Assembly (NCBI GenBank): GCA_017499595.2
Contig: CM039009.1
Span: 620,001-684,000, forward strand
DNA: 64,000 bases
Origin: Psilocybe cubensis
Taxonomy: Eukaryota
Direction of reading: 5' to 3'
Shown one piece after another: positions 1-13,601 of this stretch. Below the pieces are notes generated by a model. It saw only the letters and a program-made list of their open reading frames with translations. It was not told the DNA's origin and searched no databases. A program made the position numbers and the translations under genes. Each line of letters starts with the position of its first letter. The stretch's first letter is position 1.

Positions 1-141
1 TGCCGATTGAAGGACGGACGAAAGGTGAAAATGAGGTGTAACACAAAAACGAAGATGAAGTATACAGGGACGTCAAGCCAATAATAAAATAAGTCAAAAT
101 GTCCACTCGGTTAGAGGAAAATAAAGAGAACAAGTTAAAAT

Positions 142-1809
142 TTAGACGCCGTGCCAAGTGGACTTCAAATTCTCCGTGGGCAGTGTTGTGGTTATGGTCC
201 GTGTTGCAGCAGTAGCCTGTGAAGATGAAATTTCCGCTGAGTATCTGGGCACCTTTACTCTTCGTGGGGATTTGGGGGTGCCTTGGCCGCTGGTCGAAGT
301 GGTAGCGTAAGATTTGACACTACCTGTGCGCGTACTCCTCGGGGATTTCGGCGAGGTGGCGTCTGTCTGACGCGTCGACGAGGATGAATAGGATCTCATA
401 CTCCCTCCCCCAACCCTTGCATGGCTTCTGGGAATCGCCGATAAAGATCTGTATGTTGAGTCAGTTGACAGAGGCATTCCATAAGACGACTCTGTATAAT
501 TTGTAGATCCGCCAAAGCTGGTCATGGTGGCAGGAGTCTCTGGTACCGTCAACGCTGTGCGGATAGTATATGCGTCGGACCGCGAGTTGAGCGAGCGAAC
601 ATCAGCGTTCATGACATCAAGACCTCTGGTAGCAGACATGGCGGTGGGCGAGTTGAAAGGGGCATCGTACGTGCGAGATGATGATGTGGTCACCTGAGCT
701 GTCAGCGCCTTTTCTGACTCGCTACGCCGAGACCAGCTAGGCGCCGTGAAGTGATTAGACTCGGCGACTCGTGTTAGCGTATGGTTGTGAAGTTGCAGAT
801 TCAAGAATACCCGAGATCCCATTGTGGCCATGAAAAGGATGGAATACGGCATCGTGGCGCGCCTCACCAACTCGGTTGACCAGTTTATGGAATAGATGGT
901 GAGAACCACAATGCTCGCAACGGTGCCGCAGAAAAGATATAATATACAAGCTCTGTTGATCAGAGTAAATCCAGTGTTTGTTGCGACCACCGTTGTCTTC
1001 GTCGTGACTCTGATTACAAAAAGGCCAAAAATTATGCAATTAAATGCTGCGGACGCGGCGTAGCTGACGGGTGTCCAATCTGCTAAGCGCCCAAATTTAC
1101 AATTCCCTCCAAAAGGTAGCGCAGGTCCAGCCGTTGCCTTGAAGGGAACCGCAACACATACCTGATCAAAATGGAGTAAGTTTGCGAGAACATTGTAAGA
1201 AAAGCACCGTCGACACCCATACCCATGCTGCAATCATTAGGACGCATGATCCCAGTGCCATGTAAAGCGGGATTCGTTTGTAATCCCACAAGGATCCTAC
1301 CCGGGCGCAAAAAATGATTCCCATGGCGCCGGTACAAATAACACTTGCTCCTTGACTAAATGATACCACCAACTGGCAGTGATGTATTTGGATTGTCGAA
1401 TATATGACTCCAGATAGTGTAGATAGTAACGCCGAGTATCTCAGGATAACGAATCTGGGCAATGAGAGGGAACGTTAGCCATAAACTATCTGAATTTGCG
1501 ATACAGACATACGCCCAAGGGCCTGGTACTCGCCACTCCCTTCTCCTCCTGACTTCATATAGGCTTCGTTCCTCCGGCAGTAGCTGGATGCTACGGGTGT
1601 TTTAACGTTCGTTAGACTGAAAAATAAGCTTCGGGCGCTCACAAATCCCAAAGTACAATCCCAAATACCACGCACGCATTCAGAGCTAGTATACCTGATG
1701 GGGCGTCAGCCAGTAATCAGGACAGTTCTAGTAAAAAACGGGTACCGGAAAATGATTGATTGTCCCAGATCTCTTCCAGGGAAAGACTCGACGAAAGAAC
1801 ATGAGCCAT
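142..1809 (-). CDS. Multi-exon multi-pass membrane protein with long Ser/Thr-rich C-terminal tail (DUF6533-like fungal membrane protein)
   Basis: Hydrophobic helices in ORFs 1166-1462 and 142-1233 (…ILRYSALL…, …FMATMGSRVFLNL…). GT-AG introns; candidate ATG at 1809. Family call is by resemblance only. Confidence 0.55.
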
Positions 1810-2631
1810 GGTCTCAGGAAGTGTCGACGACGTGAGCAGACGGCGGATGAGTCCGTAGAGCAACTAGTCGTCCTGCAGGAGCGTTCAATAGCAAGGAAGT
1901 AGAGCGCAAGGCGGTTCCATACACCATCCGTCAAAACATACGAATGGAGGCTTCATAAGATATAGTTAACACAGCTCCATCGCCGCTGCAGAGCGTTGTC
2001 TCCGGTCGTAATTTGTCTGTTTGTGTTGGGGTAGGTCCGCTCAGTCTCCGCCTGGACGTTTATCAATGAGCTGCGCGGATAACAGGGAAATCGACAGAAT
2101 TACAGCTCTTTCGATGGATTCCTTAATTAATTGGAGCAGATGAGGTAGACTTATATATCTACATTCACTGTATCTTATGATGGTAGTCTCCTCCCCTCAA
2201 TGCCCAGGCTAGTATCCAGAGGTCAGTGGTTACTTCAACCCTGTAGGCATACGATTCCTGGCTAGTATCGATCGTTGGACCTACTTTGTTATTCCAAGAA
2301 TTTTTAAACCGCTATTCCTGAATCCTGACCACAACTTAACTAAACCAGCGCGTCAGTAATGCATGTAGCGCATTACTCGGCAGGAAAATTGAATTAGAAC
2401 ATGGGTTGCCTGGTAGCTATATCCCAAACGATTGGATAATATGTAATACATTAGCATATATGAGATAAAACGGTCAATCTAATGGCTGTAGGGAAATTAA
2501 TTTAACCTCTAGAAAAGCACGTTTGATTGTGTTGCGCCTAGTTACAGCAAGTAAATCTATATCTCCAAGGCCAGAACAAATGGTCAAAATTTTGTTATTT
2601 GAAGAATAAAGTGATAAAAAGACAAAATTTA

Positions 2632-2722
2632 TTCCCTCTAGCCGACTTGAACGACTGACCTCGTCATAGACTACTGAAAGGTAATCTACTAGTGACGCGC
2701 TCTACCACTGAGCTAAGAGGGA
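2632..2722 (-). tRNA. tRNA-Thr(AGT) with 19-nt intron (2668-2686)
   Basis: Minus strand folds as TCCCTCT/AGAGGGA acceptor stem, GCTC-AGTGGTA-GAGC D arm, CGTCA/TGACG anticodon stem with CT-AGT-A, intron at the canonical 37/38 position, and AGTCG-TTCAAGT-CGGCT T arm. T-runs follow downstream. Confidence 0.9.
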
Positions 2723-3568
2723 TATGTTCGTGTGATACGCACAAAAATTATAGCACTATTCCTGGAGTCACAAGAAGGCGCTAAACGCCACGAAATTAGT
2801 ATATCGTCGAACTAGGTTTTTCCCTTTAAGATTTTTGAAAGGGAAGAGGACCTTGAAAACAAAGATACTAGTGATAACAGGGCGATTTCTTGGCTGAGAT
2901 TGGCGGGGTATTTGTTGAGAGACTGGAGCCATGGGCGTGCCGGCTAATCGGCAATCCTCATATCCGCGACCAGACCTCCTACCCTGCCGCTGTTGGCTGC
3001 CTTCCTCTTGCTTCTAGGCGGAATTTGCATCCTAACACTTGTATTTCGAATTTTACTTGTACCAGAAGTTAAATTGACCCTCAGATCAGAGAATAAAATT
3101 GTATGATACAAATTTACAACAGATCTAGTTATAGAAAGCCAGTGGGTTATTAGGACCCTGGAGTCTGGAGTTCGCAGTAGCGCTGGTCAGATTCTCGAAT
3201 TGCCAGGGTCCAGACATAAACTTCCCAGTAAAGTTCGAGCGAATTCCGTGCATCAAGATATCTTTCTCATCGCACTGAACGATGATGGGAGCTCTGAATT
3301 AGAGGCTGGAAAAAATACGATCAGTGTGACTCGATATGAAGGCTACAGCACCAGGGAGCCGGTTAATACATCGATGGGAAACGTCAATAAATATGGATAA
3401 AGATTTTGAACTTATTCGACTAATCAGAATCTTCCTGAGTAGCTTTGACATGTCATAAAATCAAAAGAGAGAGCAAAACAGCATCTAAAGGGTAAATTTT
3501 AGTTTCTGATATCACAACGAGAAATCAAAGGGGAGCGACATTACCACATGTTAGGCGGTCGAACGTTG

Positions 3569-4102
3569 TTACTTATCCGGTGTAAAATCTGCAGCAGGAG
3601 GCGGTGTTGGAATCTTCACCAGGTCTTCATCGCGAGCACCCAGCAATTCCATCAAATCCGTCCTCCTAAACATTTGAGCCGCTTGTATTGCATTTGGTGT
3701 GCCCTGCCTCGAATCCGCCCCCTTTGCAACCAGCGCACGTACGATCTCATCATGGCCTTTGAACACCGCTCCCGCCACAATGGATTGACCAAGATCATTC
3801 GTTCTGTTCGGATCCCCACCTCTGTCCAATAATCCTTTGGCAAGCTCTGTGTGCCCTGCATATGCTGCCAACATCAAAAGCGTGTTACCTACAGAGCTTC
3901 TGTCAGTCCCTGTTTGTCTTGTCATTTAGGAGAATAAACGAAACCCTTGTCATTGGTAAGGTTTGCAGGAAGGCCTGCGTCTATAGCAGCCAAAACCAAT
4001 TCTGTGTCTCCATTCCGGCAAGCATCAAATATTCTTCGAGCGAAATCTATCGTTTCTTGTGGCAATGAATTAACATCGGGTTTTGAGGAGTTAGATTCTG
4101 CC
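3569..4102 (-). CDS. Small ankyrin-repeat protein (5' end uncertain)
   Basis: Exons give …FARRIFDACRNGDTELV…GLPANLTNDK / GNTLLMLAAYAGHTELAKGLLDRGGDPNRTNDLGQSIVAGAVFKGH, which are ankyrin consensus repeats. Confidence 0.85.
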
Positions 4103-4550
4103 TATTTGATGTATGAGCTTGTATTGCTGTTTACTTTCGAAACTAGTGATCGAACCATTGAGTTATTCAGTTGAAGCTCAGATATAAATCTTCGGTATGT
4201 TAATCAGTTCGCCAGTGGTGCTGTGACGGGAATGTTCAGAATGATATGGTCATCGATTCCTACCCCTGATGCTGATCTGAAATGCGGCCCGTTTCATCCG
4301 TTCGGGAAACATCTCTGCATTGGTGGCCGAGGTGCTCATGTGTAACTTATGAAACCATCTTTTACATCACAAACGTCTGTACAAAAACTATTATTGTTTA
4401 AAAGCATGGAAAAATGCGAGATGATTAACAGAATATTTCAGCAAGAAGTCCGTTCTTAGGTCATTTAAAATATATGCATTGTGTTTGGCGTTGTCGTTGT
4501 GAAAAAAAGATGATCTTACAATACTGCAATTAATAGCAGTTTCAAGGAAA

Positions 4551-7500
4551 TCAGCGAACGAGGCGATCAAGGCCAGGAGGAAGCTAAGGGAAAGGGTTAT
4601 CAGTTTATCAGCGTATGAACACAAAAAAGTCAAACAGACAGTCCAGTTATGAGTTGCCGCCGCCCTCTTGTATCCAACAAGGGACTCTTGTATGCCGTAT
4701 GGTCTGAATTATAGTATATTGGCCTTCAATTAACGAACAAGCAATAAAGATTATACCTTTTCCAGTCGCTTGCCAATCGTGCTGGTCTCGGTTCGAGATT
4801 AGAAAGCGCAAGCCGAATTTGCATCAAAACGGCGGATATACTAGTATATACACCGAGTCAGCCGAATCTTTTTAATCCAAATAAAGACAGAAAACCGTCA
4901 CCTATAACTGGGAAGCCATCCTATACGGACACCATCATCGTAGTAAGTATTCAATAGATACAAGATGCATTTAAAAAGGCCTCACCATCGCTTGTCAAAA
5001 GATCCATACATATAGAGCCCCCTTAACGAGGACATGAGTGAATCATTTCAAATCAAATGCTGCGACACCCTACCTCCAGTTACGTGTCCACCACCACCTT
5101 GAATGAAAGGTAAGAATCGAGGAGTGATGATTCTAAAGAAAGGAGGTGAGTTAGGGAATGTGGGTGGAAAACGTATTTCGAAAATGATTGAATTGATGTT
5201 ACTGTGTGTGTATAAATTGATAAGCCTAATCAGTATTTTCATTCTTGCAAGCTAAAGGGAAGAGTGCACGAACTTTTGTTTCATGTCTTTGGCGATGGGG
5301 AGTGTTGGGTCTAGGGAGTGCATTTCGACAATCCATTGATACAGATTATCACCGATGAGTTCTGGAGGCATATACCAGCCCAAGTCCTTGAGGCTCGGGG
5401 CAGTTTCCTGCTCCTTTAGCATAGACTTGAGTTCCCTTTGGATAGCCATACTTGCCGAAGGGGACGATTCGAACGGAGGAAGCAACAGATTTTCCAAGGT
5501 AGAGGTCACATACTCGGCGTCATGTTTCCAGTCGTCTACTTGACGTTGTTGGGGAACTTTGGATTTAGAAGACGAAGCAACGGGCACGGTATAATCGTCG
5601 TCGTCGTCAAAATCATAATGATTGTGCTCGGAAGATTTCTTTGGCTTATTGGGATCGAGTTCGAATATTGCCATATCCTCTGCATCAGGGTCCTCATGCA
5701 TATAATCTGTCTTGCGAGCTTCGAGAAGACTTATGACCTTGTATGATGGATCCGGAATCTCAATCACTTTCCCACTGACGGTGGTTCTGTGAGCCGGATC
5801 GTGCCTTACGAAAGGGACGACTTGGCTAGTCTTTGTTCCTTTGGCGTCGTTTCCCTTAGGAGCCTCAAAATCGCCGGTGCCTCTCACTAACAGATAACGA
5901 CTTCGCAATCGAATTAGTTGGGGAGCAATATGTGAGTGAACCATCTGTATGTGGGACAACGAGTACACATACCACATGATCCAATGTGTGTCCTTGACAA
6001 CATAATGAGGATTTGAGCTGACAAACTTCGTAGGTTGGTTCACCACTTCAGTGACAGCCACACAATTTGTTGGTCCCGACATGCTCTTTTGCCATGACGT
6101 CCTTGCTGCTACAGCATAGGAACTCATGGAGGTATTTGCCTCTTTGGCGAGATAAACCCCTATGTATTATCGGTAACTTGGGTTAGCCCACAACAAACAT
6201 ATAATAATAGTGGTGTATGATCGCACCATCCCCATATGCTCGTCCGTGTGCTACTGTCCTGTACCACAACCCATGTCGGATAATCTGAAGAGCGACGTCA
6301 AGATAATTAGAATGTAGAATGTGAATGTTTTGACTGTACCGAGTGCCAATTCTTGAGCGGAGATCCATGGAATGCCTTGCGGTATTTTTTAGAGAAAAGT
6401 TCCAAAGAAAAGAAAGAGATCACATGTACATATATTACTGGATACGTGCGGACATTGGGGTCTTCCGTGGCTGCCTGCTGTAGAGCCTCTTTAAATTTCG
6501 CCTCAGCTTCGGGTGCTCCTACGGTGAGTCTGAATTGCCGCCAACTTGGATCTAAAATAAGATATACCGAGCAAAGATTGGTCAGATTGATACACAATTT
6601 AATTGGTGAAGAACCATTCAAAATTTTACCCAAATTCTTGATCAGTTCCTCGCCAGACTCTATAGGCTCAATATGTGCCGTACATGACGCCACAACCCTG
6701 AACGCTGAAAATGACGCTGCGTTATTTTAAAGAGTAGAATCGCAAATAAATACCATCTCAGGATCGACCACGCGGCGGGAATCACATTAGGGTCGATTTC
6801 TCGCAATTTGGGCTTCGATTTCCCCGCCTTGACTTTTCTTTCCAAATGCTTTTTCATGTCATCAATCTATCCGTGCATCCGGTTCTGTTAGGGCCTTCAA
6901 TGAGAGGGATGAACATTAAAAAGGTTTACCGATGGTAGGGTGTTAATTAACTTTGCAATGCAGAGTCTCATCTTCATCGTAAGCATTTAGTAAAAAGTGA
7001 TTGAGATAAACAACCAAGGTACTAACTTGACTGTGAGTAAGATCATCAAAATCGCACAATCCGTCTGGTCCAGGACTTAGTGTCTTTGGAGTCTCTGGGA
7101 CTACTGTTGGTGCAGGTTGAGTGTTCCAGCCCACATAATTTGGATGTGCTTGTACCGCACCAGCGCTGCTTGGAAGTGGAACGCGAAGACCCAGCCCTAT
7201 AGGAAGAGGTTCATCCATGACACCTTCAGAGGCGGAAACATACGCTAGAGAAACAAGGAGGTCTACTGTCTGGCTGTTATGTAGGATCTCGTACTACGTT
7301 CTTGTGAGTCATGGTGAGCTTGCAATCAAGTTGATGTGACAGCTTACTTCAAGGGAAGGTCCCCGGTTGAGTGAGTAGTATTGGTAAGAACACAGTTTCG
7401 AGTCACAGACATACGGTTTAAGAGCTTCGTAGTCAAAAGTCAGCTTATTGTGACAGACAATGCAATACTTGGGGCAAAGCTATAAACCATATGTAAATAG

Positions 7501-9272
7501 AAAGGAACCTGAATGATAATATATAACTTGCCGAAAGACGTCGAACCAAGTAACAAAAAGCAGTCAATGGAAGGTTGAATGGATCATCGGGGTTAAGATC
7601 AGATAAAGGATCATGTGGAAGTTTTGTAGTTCTTGCTAGACCTCTTTCTTCGTGGTCAGCTTGACGAATTTCCTGGAAGAAAAATGTCATTGATTTTGTG
7701 TTCTAAAAATAGATTTCGATCCTGACATACGTTGGTGTACATGGCAAAAACATCTTCTTCCTTGCGTTGACTCTTTTCCACAAGAGAGATAAGTAGTTCA
7801 GCGCCAGCCCATCCGAGTCCGAAATTTCTTCGAAGCTGAATAAGCTTGAGGAACGACTGGTCCATAAGTGACTCAAGCGAGCTGCTCAAACTGAAGCTAT
7901 CGAAACGTCCTGGGTCGATAGGTTCTTCTTCTTCTTCCACAACTTCTTGCATAAGTTCATCGTCTTCAAATTCAGCATCAAAATCGAATACTCTAGCTTT
8001 TTGTGCAGCCAGCTCTGCTTGTATACGAAGTTCGTCTTCGGCGTCCTGAATGATCAAACCATGTTTACGAACAACCTCCTGAGCCTGCGCAGTTCCGGGT
8101 TTGTATCTCTCACTCAAGCCGACCTTGAATGACAGAGAGGCTCCGAGACGTTGTGCAGGTACTGTATAAGTTGCATCATTTTCCAGAACAGGATACAATC
8201 CGTGGAACCCAGAAATCAGGAGAGTAAGGTGTTGAGACGTCGACAGCAGACGACGATCCCACGCCATCAAAGCCCGGGGTGGAATAGCTTCAGCCAAAGT
8301 GATCACAGGAAGAGACACAGAGACTACGAAATCGTTTCCGCCTAGACGAATAAATCCAGGCCTGTATCCTGTAGCAACAATATCAATAAAATTTCTATGA
8401 AATCTTCAGTATGTATAGCACTAGAAAGATGGAAAGAATGTACTCCTGTAATTTGGCCATCACAGACTCTGATTCGACAGGTGCTGCCCCGATCTCGTCG
8501 TAGTCTTCGTAGTCGTAGTCGTCACCAGAATGGGCTTCATCGTCGTCACCGTCATCTTCGTCCGCAATGGCTCGCCCAACCGATGCAAGTACACCCACCA
8601 CAGCTTCCCCTATAGACTTTGCTGATTCATCTGCAATATTCTCCACAACTTCTGCAAGTTTGGGCGGAACAGCTGGATCGGTAGTGTGGCCGTATAGTGT
8701 ATGCTCTGGATATTCGGATGTGTCTATTTTCCCCAAAGTGAGTCAGAGAGTCACCAAAAAAACAGCTGGACGTACCGCTGACCAAAAGAGTGAGCGACAA
8801 CACATGTTCGGATGAGAGTGTCTCGATGTCAAGTTCAAAAGATCCATCGTCTTCTCCAGGACCGATCTCTGATGATATTGTGAGTGTGCCACTGCTTGAA
8901 AAAACTCTGATGACTGACTTTTAACCCTTAGCCCACTGAGAACGAGGCCAGCACTACATGCCTCGCTTATATCGGCTAGATCTGCATTAAAACGTCTCCT
9001 TCCTTTCAGATGTTTGTTCTTCAACGGGTCATAAGCAGACGATGCAGCAACATCGGTACTTTCATCGATCATCTTCTTGTCGGTGTCTTGTGCGAGATCG
9101 AATGGGTCTAATAAGTACATGACGCGACAATCCCGCGCCCTTGTGAGAGATCCTTACCGGAGATAATCTTCTGGCGCTTTGAAGCTGGCTTTGCCTGGTT
9201 AAACGATTCTGAATCGGAGTAATCGAAAGATGCAGCCTGTCTGGTCGATGTCGTTGCTTCCACGCGAGGCAT
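4551..9272 (-). CDS. PARP-like ADP-ribosyltransferase domain fused to a C-terminal UBE2Q-like ubiquitin-conjugating (E2) domain; many exons
   Basis: ART motifs AFHGSPLKNWHS, HGRAYGDG-VYLA and NPHYVV. E2 motifs NLYQWIVEMHS, FEIRFPPTFPNSPPFFRIITPRF and HVTGGGSICMDLL (catalytic Cys present). ATG 9272; stop 4551-4553 after LPPGLDRLVR. Confidence 0.8.
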
Positions 9273-10399
9273 AGCCCAGAGGCCAGTTCACAAAATATTT
9301 ATCGTGTATAAGGATGAGTATAAGTCAAATCACGCCCGTCAGGTTGTATCAAGGTATTGTCAGAGCTGAAAGCGCCCAAAGTCAAACCGTCGTCACAACC
9401 AAAAGGAAAAGAAGCGTCACGAATTCTGGTCGCGGTAGGTGGCTGTGCAAATATTAATCGGCCCGGGAGATCCGGCACACTCATAAAACCCCTTAAGCCT
9501 GAACTTTGCCTGAATCTCTGTTTGGTGGCAGAGTATGACAAATTGTTACTTGGATTTCTACTTTAAAGATCAAGCTGTATCTGCTTATTGATGTATTTCC
9601 TTCAAATCCAAGATTGATCAAATTTGTGAAACCAACAGGATTGACGCTCGGTACTAAATTTAAGTAGATATATCAGTGAATGACCTGCGATTTGAATGGA
9701 TTCAAGGTCATCAATGATGACTACAATAGTCAATGGTACTTATGGAGCATCCATGAAGATGGTGATATATACTGAGCAAGTCTACTCCAATTCCTCAATC
9801 TCACTATCAAATTATGTGTTATGCATCGCTATGTGCATCGCTATGAGAACGGAGTTGGATTTGATGGTGTTGGATTTTCATCTTCAAACTGGGGAATTGG
9901 TGAGAAGCGGGTTTGAAGACATCGACATCAAGTCATGATCAGTTCATGAATACCGACTTGAAGGCTATTATTCAGACTTGATACAACTATCCGTATATAT
10001 GCATGGCTGATGAAAATCATCTATTCAGCCAAGACCGAGGTCACTTCAGCGCCATGTCTCAGCACAAACGATAAAGTTAAGAATAGAAGGTTACTACTAC
10101 GCCAGACCACAAACTAGCTATAAAAGGCGATAAATATGCTACGATACTATCTATAAAAGAAAAACATTGAGATGAAGGGCATTCTAGTGATAAATAGAAA
10201 ATAACAGCGGTTCATAATACATTACAAGTCCATCACCCGTCAAACCCGTTACAAAATATAGATACACGTAGATGGAACACAGCGGCTTGCTTGAATCCAC
10301 GCCACTTGAGAATATTGTTACAGGATTGAAATCATTGCACAGCCGATGCTGTTGCACAGTCATTCTGGAAAGCAAAGTAAGCAACAGCCGCTTGAATTG

Positions 10400-10932
10400 A
10401 AAGTTAACGCGTAACCCACATAGTATACAAAAGGGAAACGTCCGAAACAACTGACTCATGACTTCAACTTCAAGTCAGTTTCGGTTACCAGATTAGTAAA
10501 AGATAGTTCTCACTTAGGAAAGAGATATCCGAAGGCATCCGGACTTAACGCCCATTCCGTAGATACTGACCCTGGATAGTGGAATGGGAATAGTAGTGCG
10601 CATTTTCAGAATGTGACTGGCCACTGCGAGACGACCTGGAGCTCGCAGAAGAATTATTACTGTTTCTCTATAAACAAATGAAATTTTGGTTAGAAGAGGA
10701 TCGTGTTTTATCTGTATCAACTCACGAGAATATTGGTCAGTTCTGCCGCGATCGTGCTTGGGTGATGTCTGGTAATGACGTCCATGCATCGACGAACAGC
10801 GTCAGGCCCGATTGCTTCTTCGAGTGACAATGGTGGACGTCCATGGGGTGGATTAGAGATGGAGTACGGCAAAAGATCGTACAGTGACAACAAAGTCATC
10901 AGACGCAGACGAAGGCCTTCTGGAGTGTCCAT
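10400..10932 (-). CDS. Small uncharacterised multi-exon protein (3' end uncertain)
   Basis: ATG 10932 (MDTPEGLRLRLMTLLSLYDLLPY…), GTGAGT donor near 10724, next exon ETVIILLRAPG…. Confidence 0.45.
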
Positions 10933-13601
10933 TGCTTTGAAATTGTAGAGTTCTAAAGGTAGGCTGTAGAAAGGTAGTGAATACGATGCGAGAGAAAGAA
11001 CGATGCGAAATGGTAGTGATTCACTTAGTATAGTTTTACTTATATATATATACAGAAACTACGCACCAGCAAATTGCGGTTATTGTCCCGATGTGTCACT
11101 ATTGATCGACGGGATTCATATCGAGAGCTTGCGCGTCAACTTTGGCATACCCGAACGAAAAATTTGGGAGTGTTGTATCAATGTGTTTGGGAATAAGCAT
11201 CAGAAAGGCGGATCAACGACTCCGGGCTTCACAACGATATTGCACAGTGCTGTAATTGCCAAAACTCCTCCGCAGACCGTCGTATAGCTGTGAGGCGCTG
11301 GAGAATATTTCTGATGATTGGCGGTACCATTGGCTTTCTTCCGGCGGTCTCAAACATGCGTTGGTAGCGGTACCAGTTAGGAAAACTATGGGCACAAATT
11401 TGAGTGAAATTTTAGACCAAAAGTGATTCCGCATCGGAATTGGCCATTACCGCCCAGGTACACATTAACGCAACTCGGAAATGTCCTGGATCTGATCTTG
11501 GTCGTCACTCGAGTCGCGTCGGAATCCCTGACGTTCAGGACAGTGCCTTTTTTGCGGGACCGAGACGGCTGTCGTTGTAACTTGTCAAAGACTATTCAAA
11601 AATCATGACCCCGAAATAGAACTCACCAAAGACACGGGTTTGATTCGTGCATGGTCAATTTTTGCAGATACTCAGCTGAAACTATTCAACCTGCTCGCCC
11701 ACAGCCTGTAAAAAATCCACATTTCCCTACGTAGAGTCGGCAGCCGCGCATTCCGCTGCAATCGCGCGACTTCCACTAATGAGTGCTTGGCGCATCTACT
11801 GCATGAACCGGCGGGCCATCGCCGTAGCCATGGGGGGAGCGTTTCAGAGAGCTCAGAACTGAGGAAGAAAGATAGAATATCAGCATTAGAATGGTAAGGT
11901 GTGGAGTAGTCTCAAGCGTACAGCACAGCAAGTGACTGGTAACATCTACCCGAAGTGTAATGTTAGAAGGACATGAAGGCCAGCGCAAAGGTGCTAAACG
12001 TTAATCGATCATGTCATAGTGTGGTCTTGTTGACAATCATTCCGAAATCGGTTACTGTAAAACCCGAAAACGGTCAGTGCGCCATCACCGTTAGTTTCAC
12101 AAAGGTTGTACTGCACTGGCTTCAGACATATTTATCACCGATATCACCTGAAAACGAAATGAGGCAGCCAGACCAGACTCTTTTAGGGAGCCGAGAACTC
12201 AGCATACAAATTGAGATGTGATGAAAGAGTCTATCAAAAATCGAGGGCTTAGAGGCGTTGATTTATGAAAATAGTTCCAGTTCATGTCTCGCTAATAGTA
12301 TATTTCCTTGCTTTCTTGTCCTATTTACACTGAGAATCTAAACTGCATTTTTCAAACTCGCACAGACACCGACAGGCCGATTAAAAATAAACGTATTGAT
12401 CTTGCAACAGACGCCTTGAATGCATGGAAATTAAAAGAATTTGTGTTAAGGTTGACACGAGAGATTGTTATTTAAAACGGTTTTCTTCCGCCGGATGTAA
12501 ATATGCCTTGTCATAAACGACTTGTAGATCGGAACCACATTTGGCGAAAACATTTATCTTTATAACAAAATCGGCGGAGTAGAGAGCAGAAACAATACAT
12601 TATCCAACAGAAGGAATCCGAAGAGTATATCCGAGACGCGTATAATCATCTATTCTTGATGTTTCAAGGAAGAAAATAACACACAACTGGCAAAGATAAT
12701 GATCTAAAAATAGATATGTAGAAGTTTTGTATGCAAGTTGGAAACGTTGCAGTTCCGTACTTGATTATTCCTAAATTTTCAATTCCGATCCTTGGAATTT
12801 AGAACGTTTCCGCAACTCACGGGGTCATGGACAGCTTACACTCATCACATCGTTACACATGGATGTAGTGAATGTTAGCCATCAAGAAGCCCAAAAGTGT
12901 GCAATGCATTGTCTGCGTCCATTGAACCCGCTCAGCTATCAATCGGAGAAAAGACCACCGGCGTTGGCGCATGTGCTTTAATGGTATCAGTAACTAGATA
13001 TGTAATCTAGGCTGAGAAATATTGGGAAATGAAGTGGTGCTCAAGTTCAAATTTAACAAATCTATGGATGGTATTCTTACACCTCAGGCCTTGTACTTGC
13101 CACCCTATTCTTTAGTACCTCCACATTCACCACAACGGAAGGCAGTGTTCTTGAGGATTTACACCCGGTTGCTAATAGACATAAGCGGTAATACAACGGG
13201 TAAGTCATACTTGGTTTTCCGTGTTTGAGCTTCAAGAAAAAGCGAAAAAATATTAGTCTTTTTTATTGTAACTTGCTCTGACTTTTTAGTTGATGGTGAA
13301 CAGTCCAAACTTGAAGATTCAAGACTCCGATTCAATGATTTTGATGTCGTTTATCAGTACCTGACAGATTTATAATGCCGCTGGGACCTTTTCACACGGG
13401 TGGCCCGGAAGAGATCTTGGCTCGGAAAATTCTCTTAGCTCAACGCTCCAACTCTTGTCAACTCTTGTGATCTTGTCCAACAGTCAGCCAGTCAGAACTT
13501 CAAGAACTTCGTGGGTTGGCAATGGCGGCTGAAATGATTTTACTCGACAGTTCCTGACCGCCTTCAAACAGGAGAGTTCTCTGGCGACTCGCTCGCGCCT
13601 C

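Noticed and set aside
2699..2715. 17-nt identity (TAGCTCAGTGGTAGAGC) between tRNA-Thr and the TRIM cloverleaf as evidence of direct origin
   Set aside because: This is the common D-arm/A-box consensus, and the other arms do not match.
11003..13500. Short ORFs between the small gene and the TMEM184 gene
   Set aside because: I could not assemble a consistent spliced model or recognise a domain. A gene may exist but is unsupported here.
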